Source: Eledone cirrhosa
Lineage: Eukaryota
NCBI GenBank assembly: GCA_964016885.1
Contig: OZ024740.1
Coordinates: forward strand, 389,732,001 to 389,796,000
Reading direction: 5' to 3'
Length of the DNA stretch: 64,000 nucleotides
Shown here piece by piece: positions 57,891 through 64,000 of the stretch; the first letter of the stretch is position 1; each line of letters opens with the position of its first letter. A model generated the notes under the pieces. It ran no database searches and had not been told where the DNA came from. It worked only from the letters and a program-made list of their open reading frames with translations. Position numbers and translations under genes: made by a program.

Positions 57891-60800
57891 CTATTTATTC
57901 ATGTTCTGTCGGAGTCAGAACCCCTACTTATTCATGTTCTATCGCAGTTAGAACCTCTATTTATTCATGTTCTGTCGGAGATAGAACCTCTATTTATTCA
58001 TGTTCTGTCGCAGTTAGAATCTCTTGTTGGAGTTAGAACCTCTATTTATTCATTTTCTGTCGGAGTTAGAACCTCTGTTTATTCATGTTCTTTAGGAGTT
58101 AGAACCTCCGTTTATTCATGTTATATCGGAGTTAGAACCTCTGTTTATTCATGTTCTTTCGGAGTTAGAACCTCTATTTATTCATGTTCTGTCGCAGTTA
58201 GAATCTCTTATCGGCGTTAGTACCTCTATTTATTCATGTTCTGTCGGAGTTAGAACCTCTATTTATTCATGTTCTGTCGGAGTTAAAACCTCTATTTATT
58301 CATGTTCTGTCGCAGTTAGAATCTCTTGTCGGAGTTAGAACCTCTATTTATTCATGTTCTGTCACAGTTAGAATCTCTATTTATTAATGTTCTGTCGGAG
58401 TTAGAAACTCTATTTATTCATGTTCTGTCGGAGTTAGAACCTCTGTTTATTCATGTTCTGTCGGAGTGAGAACCTCTACTTATTCATGTTCTGTCGGAGT
58501 TAGAACCTTATTTTTTCATGTTCTGTCGGAGTTAGAACCTCTGTTTATTCATGTTCTTTCGGAGTTAGAACCTCTGTTTATTCATGTTCCGTCGCAGTTA
58601 GAACCACTATTTATTCATGTTCTATCGGAGTTAGAACCTCTATTTATTCATGTTCTGTCGGAGTTAGAACATCTATTTATTCATGTTCTGTCGGAGTCAG
58701 AACCTCTATTTATTTAGGTTCTGTCGGAGTTAGAACCTCTATTTATTCATGTTCTGTCGGAGTTAGAACATCTATTTATTCATGTTCTGTCGCAGTTAGA
58801 ACCTCTGTTTATTCATGTTCTGTCGGAGTTAGAACCTCTTGTCGGAGTCAGAACCTCTATTTATTCATGTTCTTTCGGAGTTAGAACCTCTATTTATTCA
58901 TGTTCTGTCGCAGTTACAACCTCTATTTATTCAATATCTGTCGCAGTTAAAACCTCTTGTCGGAGTTTAGAACCTCTATTTATTCATGTTCTGTCGGAGT
59001 TAGAACCTCTATTTAATCATGTTCTGTCGGTGTCAGAATCTCTATTTATTCATGTTCTGTCGGAGTCAGAACCTCTATTTATTCATGTTCTGTCGGAATC
59101 AGAACCTCTTTTTATTCATGTTCTGTAGGAGTTAGAACCTCTATTTATTCATGTTCTGTCGGAATTAGAACCTCTGATTATTCATGTTCTGTCGCAGTTA
59201 GAAAGTCTATTTATTCATGTTCTGTGGGAGTTAGAACCTCGATTTATTCATGTTCTGTCGGAGTTAGAACCTCTATTTATTCATGTTCTGTCGAAGTGAG
59301 AACCTCTATTTATTCATGTTCTGTCGCAGATAGAACCTCTATTTATTCATGTTCTGTCGGAGTCAGAACCTCTATTTATTCATGTTCTGTCGGAGTTGGA
59401 CCCTCTATTTATTCATGTTCGGTCGGAGTCAGAACCTCTACTTATTCATGTTCTATCGGAGATAGAACCTCTATTTATTCATGTTCTTTCGGAGTTAAAA
59501 CCTCTATTTATTCATGTTCTGTCGGAGTCAGAACCTCTATTTATTCATGTTCTGTCGGAGTTAGAACCTCTGTTTATTCATGTTCTTTCGGAGTTAGAAC
59601 CTCTGTTTATTCATGTTCTTTCGGAGTTAGAACCTCTATTTATTCATGTTCTGTCGCAGTTAGAACCTATTGTCGGAGTTAGAACCTCTATTTATTCATG
59701 TTCTGTCGGAGTTAGAAGCTCTGTTTATTCATGTTCTTTAGGAGTTAGAACCTCTGTTTATTCATGTTATATCGGAGTTAGAACCTCTGTCTATTCATGT
59801 TCTGTCGGAGTTAGAACATCTATTTATTCATGTTCTGTCGGAGTCTGAACCTCTATTTATTTAGGTTCGGTCGGAGTTAGAACCTCTATTTATTCATGTT
59901 CTGTCGCAGTTAGAACCTCTGTTTATTCATGTTCTGTCGGAGTTAGAACCTCTTGTCGGAGTCAGAACCTCTATTTATTCATGTTCTTTCGGAGTTACAA
60001 CCTCTATTTATTCATGTTCTGTCGCAGTTAGAACCTCTACTCATTCAATATCTGTCGCAGTTAGAACCTCTTGTCGGAGTCAGAACCTCTATTTATTCAT
60101 GTTCTGTCGGAATCAGAACCTCTATTTATTCATGTTCTGTCGGAATCAGAACCTCTATTTATTCATGTTCTGTAGGAGTTAGAACCTCTATTTATTCATG
60201 TTCTGTCGGAGTTAGAACCTCTGTTTATTCATGTTCTGTCGCAGTTAGAAACTCTATTTATTCATGTTCTGTGGGAGTTAGAACCTCGATTTATTCATGT
60301 TCTGTCGGAGTAAGAACCTCTATTTATTCATGTTCTCTCGGAGTTAGAACCTCTATTTATTCATGTTCTGTCGGAATTAGAACCTCTATTTATTCATGTT
60401 CTTTCGGAGTTAGAACATCTATTTATTCATGTTCTGATGCAGTTAGACCTCTATTTATTCATGTTCTGTGGGAGTTAGAACCTCTTGTCGGAGTCAGAAC
60501 CTCTATTTATTCATGTTCTTTCGGAGTTAGAACCTCTATTTATTCATGTTCTATCGCAGTTAGAACCTCTATTTATTCATGTTCTGTCGGAGATAGAACC
60601 TCTATTTATTCATGTTCTGTCGCAGTTAGAATCTCTTGTTGGAGTTAGAACCTCTATTTATTCATTTTCTGTCGGAGTTAGAACCTCTGTTTATTCATGT
60701 TCTTTAGGAGTTAGAACCTCCGTTTATTCATGTTATATCGGAGTTAGAACCTCTGTTTATTCATGTTCTTTCGGAGTTAGAACCTCTATTTATTCATGTT

Positions 60801-61720
60801 CTGTCGCAGTTAGAATCTCTTATCGGCGTTAGTACCTCTATTTATTCATGTTCTGTCGGAGTTAGAACCTCTATTTATTCATGTTCTGTCGGAGTTAAAA
60901 CCTCTATTTATTCATGTTCTGTCGCAGTTAGAATCTCTTGTCGGAGTTAGAACCTCTATTTATTCATGTTCTGTCACAGTTAGAATCTCTATTTATTAAT
61001 GTTCTGTCGGAGTTAGAAACTCTATTTATTCATGTTCTGTCGGAGTTAGAACCTCTGTTTATTCATGTTCTGTCGGAGTGAGAACCTCTACTTACTCATG
61101 TTCTGTCGGAGTTAGAACCTTATTTTTTCATGTTCTGTCGGAGTTAGAACCTCTGTTTATTCATGTTCTGTCTGAGTTAGAACCTCTGTTTATTCATGTT
61201 CTTTCGGAGTTAGAACCTCTGTTTATTCATGTTCCGTCGCAGTTAGAACCACTATTTATTCATGTTCTATCGGAGTTAGAACCTCTATTTATTCATGTTC
61301 TGTCGGAGTTAGAACATCTATTTATTCATGTTCTGTCGGAGTCAGAACCTCTATTTATTTAGGTTCTGTCGGAGTTAGAACCTCTATTTATTCATGTTCT
61401 GTCGGAGTTAGAACATCTATTTATTCATGTTCTGTCGCAGTTAGAACCTCTGTTTATTCATGTTCTGTCGGAGTTAGAACCTCTTGTCGGAGTCAGAACC
61501 TCTATTTATTCATGTTCTTTCGGAGTTAGAACCTCTATTTATTCATGTTCTGTCGCAGTTAGAACCTCTATTTATTCAATATCTGTCGCAGTTAAAACCT
61601 CTTGTCGGAGTTTAGAACCTCTATTTATTCATGTTCTGTCGGAGTTAGAACCTCTATTTAATCATGTTCTGTCGGTGTCAGAATCTCTATTTATTCATGT
61701 TCTGTCGGAGTCAGAACCTC
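56270..61720 (+). repeat. Imperfect tandem higher-order duplication, period 2612-2810 bp
   Basis: Offsets 56586/59396 and 57143/59953 (2810), 57807/60485 (2678), 58466/61078 (2612). The marker tatcggcgttagtacc is at 58209 and 60821. Confidence 0.88.
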
Positions 61721-64000
61721 TATTTATTCATGTTCTGTCGGAGTTAGAACCGCTGTTTATTCATGTTCTGTCGGAATAAGAACCTCTAATTATTCATATT
61801 CTTTCGGAGTTAGAACCTCTATTTATTCATGTTCTGTCGGAGTTAGAACCACTGTTTATTCATGTTCTGTCGCAGTTAGAACCTCTATTTATTCATGTTC
61901 TGTGGGAGTTAGAACCTCGATTTATTCATGTTCTGTCGGAGTTAGAACCTCTGTTTATTCATGTTCTGTCGGAGTCAGAACCTCTATTTATTCATGTTCT
62001 GTCGGAGTCAGAACCTCTATTTATTCATGTTCTGTCGGAGTGAGAACCTCTGTTTATTCATGTTCTGTCGGAGTTAGAACCTCTGTTTATTCATGTTCTT
62101 TCGGAGTTAGAACCTCTGTTTATTCATATTCTGTCGGAGTCAGAACCTCTATTTATTCATGTTCTGTCGGAGTAAAAACCTCTATTTATTCATGTTCTGT
62201 CGGAGTTAGAACATCTATTTACTCATGTTCTGTCGGAGTTTGAACCTCTATTTATTCATGTTCTTTCGGAGTTAGAACATCTATTTATTCATGTTCTGAT
62301 GCAGTTAGAACCTCTATTTATTCATGTTCTTTCGGAGTTAGAACCTCTATTTATTCATGTTCTGTCGGAGTTAGAACCTCTGTTTTTTCTTGTTCTGTCG
62401 CAGTTAGAACCTCTATTTATTCATGTTCTGTCGGAGTTGGAACCTCTATTTATTCACGTTCTGTCGGAGTTAGAACCTCTGTTTATTTATGTTCTTTCGA
62501 AGTTAGAACCTCTGTTTATTCATATTCTGTCGGTGTCAGAACCTCTACTTATTCATGTTCTGTCGGAGTAAAAACCTCTATTTATTCATGTTCTGTCGCA
62601 GTTAGAACATCTATTTATTCATGTCCTGTCAGCGTCAGAACCTCCATTTATTCATGTTCTTTTGGTGTTAGAAGCTCTATTTATTCAATATCTGTCGCAG
62701 TTAGAACCTCTTGTCGGAGTCAGAACCTCTATTTATTCATGTTCTGTCGGATTTAGAACCTCTGTTTATTCATGTTCTGTCGCAGTTAGAACCTCTATTT
62801 ATTCATGTTCTGTCGGAGTTAGAACCTCTGTTTATTCATGTTCTATCGGAGTTAGAACCTCTGTTTATTCATGTTCTTTCGGAGTTAGAACCTCTATTTA
62901 TTCATGTTCTGTCCGAGTTAGAACCTCTTGTCGGAGTCAGAACCTCTATTTATTCATGTTCTGTCGGAGTGAGAACCTCTATTTATTCATGTTCTGTCGG
63001 AGATAGAACCTCTATTTATTCATGTTCTTTCGGAGTTAGAACCTCTGTTTATTCATGTTCTGTCGGAGTTAGAACCTCTTGTCGGAGTCAGAACCTCTAT
63101 TTATTCATGTTCTTTCGGAGTTAGAACCTCTATTTATTCATGTTCTGTCGCAGTTAGAACCTCTATTTATTCAATATCTGTCGCAGTTAGAACCTCTTGT
63201 CGGAGTCATAACCTCTATTTATTCATGTTCTGTCGGAGTTAGAACATCTATTTATTCATGTTCTGTCGGAGTGAGAACCTCTATTTATTCATGTTCTGTG
63301 GGAGTCAGAACCTCTATTTATTCATGTTCTATCGGAGTTAGAACCTCTATTTATTCATGTTCTATCGGAGTTAGAACCTCTGTTTATTCATGTTCTTTCG
63401 GAGTTAGAACCTCTATTTATTCATGTTATGTCGAAGTTAGAAGCTCTATTTATTCATGTTCTGTCGCAGTTAGAATCTCTATTTATTCATGTTCTGTCGG
63501 AGTTAGAACCTCTATTTATTCATGTTCTGTCGGAGTTAGAACCTCTATTTATTCATGTTCTGTCGGAGTTAGAACCTTATTTTTTCACGTTCTGTCGGAG
63601 TTAGAACCTCTGTTTATTGATGTACTGTCTGAGTTAGAACCTCTGTTTATTCATGTTCTTTCGGAGTTAGAACCTCTGTTTATTCATGTTCTGTCGCAGT
63701 TAGAACCACTATTTATTCATGTTCTTTCGGAGTTAGAACCTCTATTTATTCATGTTCTGTCGGAGTCAGAACCTCTATTTATTTAGGTTCTGTCGGAGTT
63801 AGAACATCTATTTATTCATGTTCTGTCGGAGTCAGAACCTCTATTTATTTAGGTTCTGTCGGAGTTAGAACCTCTATTTATTCATGTTCTGTCGCAGTTA
63901 GAACCTCTACTTATTCAATATCTGTCGCAGTTAGAACCTCTTGTCGGAGTCAGAACCTCTATTTATTCATGTTCTTTCGGAGTTAGAACATCTATTTATT

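Larger units (their letters stand above)
1..64000 (+). repeat. Tandem satellite DNA array, 33-bp monomer (consensus TGTCGGAGTTAGAACCTCTATTTATTCATGTTC), roughly 1,950-2,000 copies, running off both window edges
   Basis: The monomer is readable in every line. Common variants are GGA/GCA, GTTAG/GTCAG, CTAT/CTGT and CTGTC/CTTTC/CTATC. Interspersed 19-bp truncated units and a few 32/34-bp units occur. No inversion or non-repeat insert was seen. Confidence 0.99.

Noticed and set aside
149-63786. More than 150 + strand ORFs encoding (SELEPLFIHVL)n or (VGVRTSIYSCS)n, up to 544 aa
   Set aside because: They follow from a 33-bp period with two stop-free frames. They overlap in different frames, switch frame at every 19-bp or 32-bp unit, mostly start at TTG/GTG created by repeat junctions, and have no unique domains. 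The resemblance to leucine-rich repeats is superficial.
1-64000. CRISPR array (repeat length in the CRISPR range, partly palindromic)
   Set aside because: There are no unique spacers (units abut directly), no leader and no cas genes.
1-64000. Telomeric repeat (TTAG and TTTAGG-like words)
   Set aside because: These are isolated words inside the 33-mer and never form tandem telomere tracts. The sequence gives no evidence of chromosome-end location.
1-64000. Steroid response element or heat-shock element (TGTTCT, AGAAC, nGAAn)
   Set aside because: Half-sites are present, but the spacing does not match AGAACAnnnTGTTCT or contiguous inverted nGAAn arrays.
1-64000. Assignment to a named satellite family, organism or centromere
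   Set aside because: I do not recognise the consensus. A Dfam/Repbase/BLAST search and CENH3 ChIP data would be needed.
1-64000. Whole array as a sequencing or assembly artefact or a synthetic concatemer
   Set aside because: Hierarchically shared variants, regional domains and SNP differences between most duplicate blocks indicate real evolutionary history. Only the apparently identical 2472-bp copy remains questionable.

Overview
The whole 64-kb window is one uninterrupted, head-to-tail tandem satellite array. The monomer is 33 bp (consensus TGTCGGAGTTAGAACCTCTATTTATTCATGTTC, about 36% GC, T-rich on the + strand), with roughly 1,950-2,000 copies in one orientation. I see no unique sequence, genes, RNA genes, transposons or CRISPR spacers. 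All listed ORFs are by-products of a period divisible by 3 with two stop-free + frames. The structure lies in the variants. A recurrent 19-bp truncated monomer often recurs at 118-bp spacing. Nested higher-order duplications have periods of 197, 764, 928, 1448, ~1500, 2451, 2472, ~2.6-2.8 kb, 3826, ~4560 and 4839 bp. Three regional variant domains can be distinguished. The most notable signal is a quasi-palindrome at each monomer junction (GTTCTGTC-GNA-GTTAGAAC) with a C(GNA)G triloop: the loop centre takes all four bases, and several independent variants turn the stem into a perfect 8-bp hairpin. The array looks like eukaryotic heterochromatic or centromere-type satellite DNA, but the organism and function cannot be determined from the sequence. 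Block boundaries were placed by eye and are approximate.
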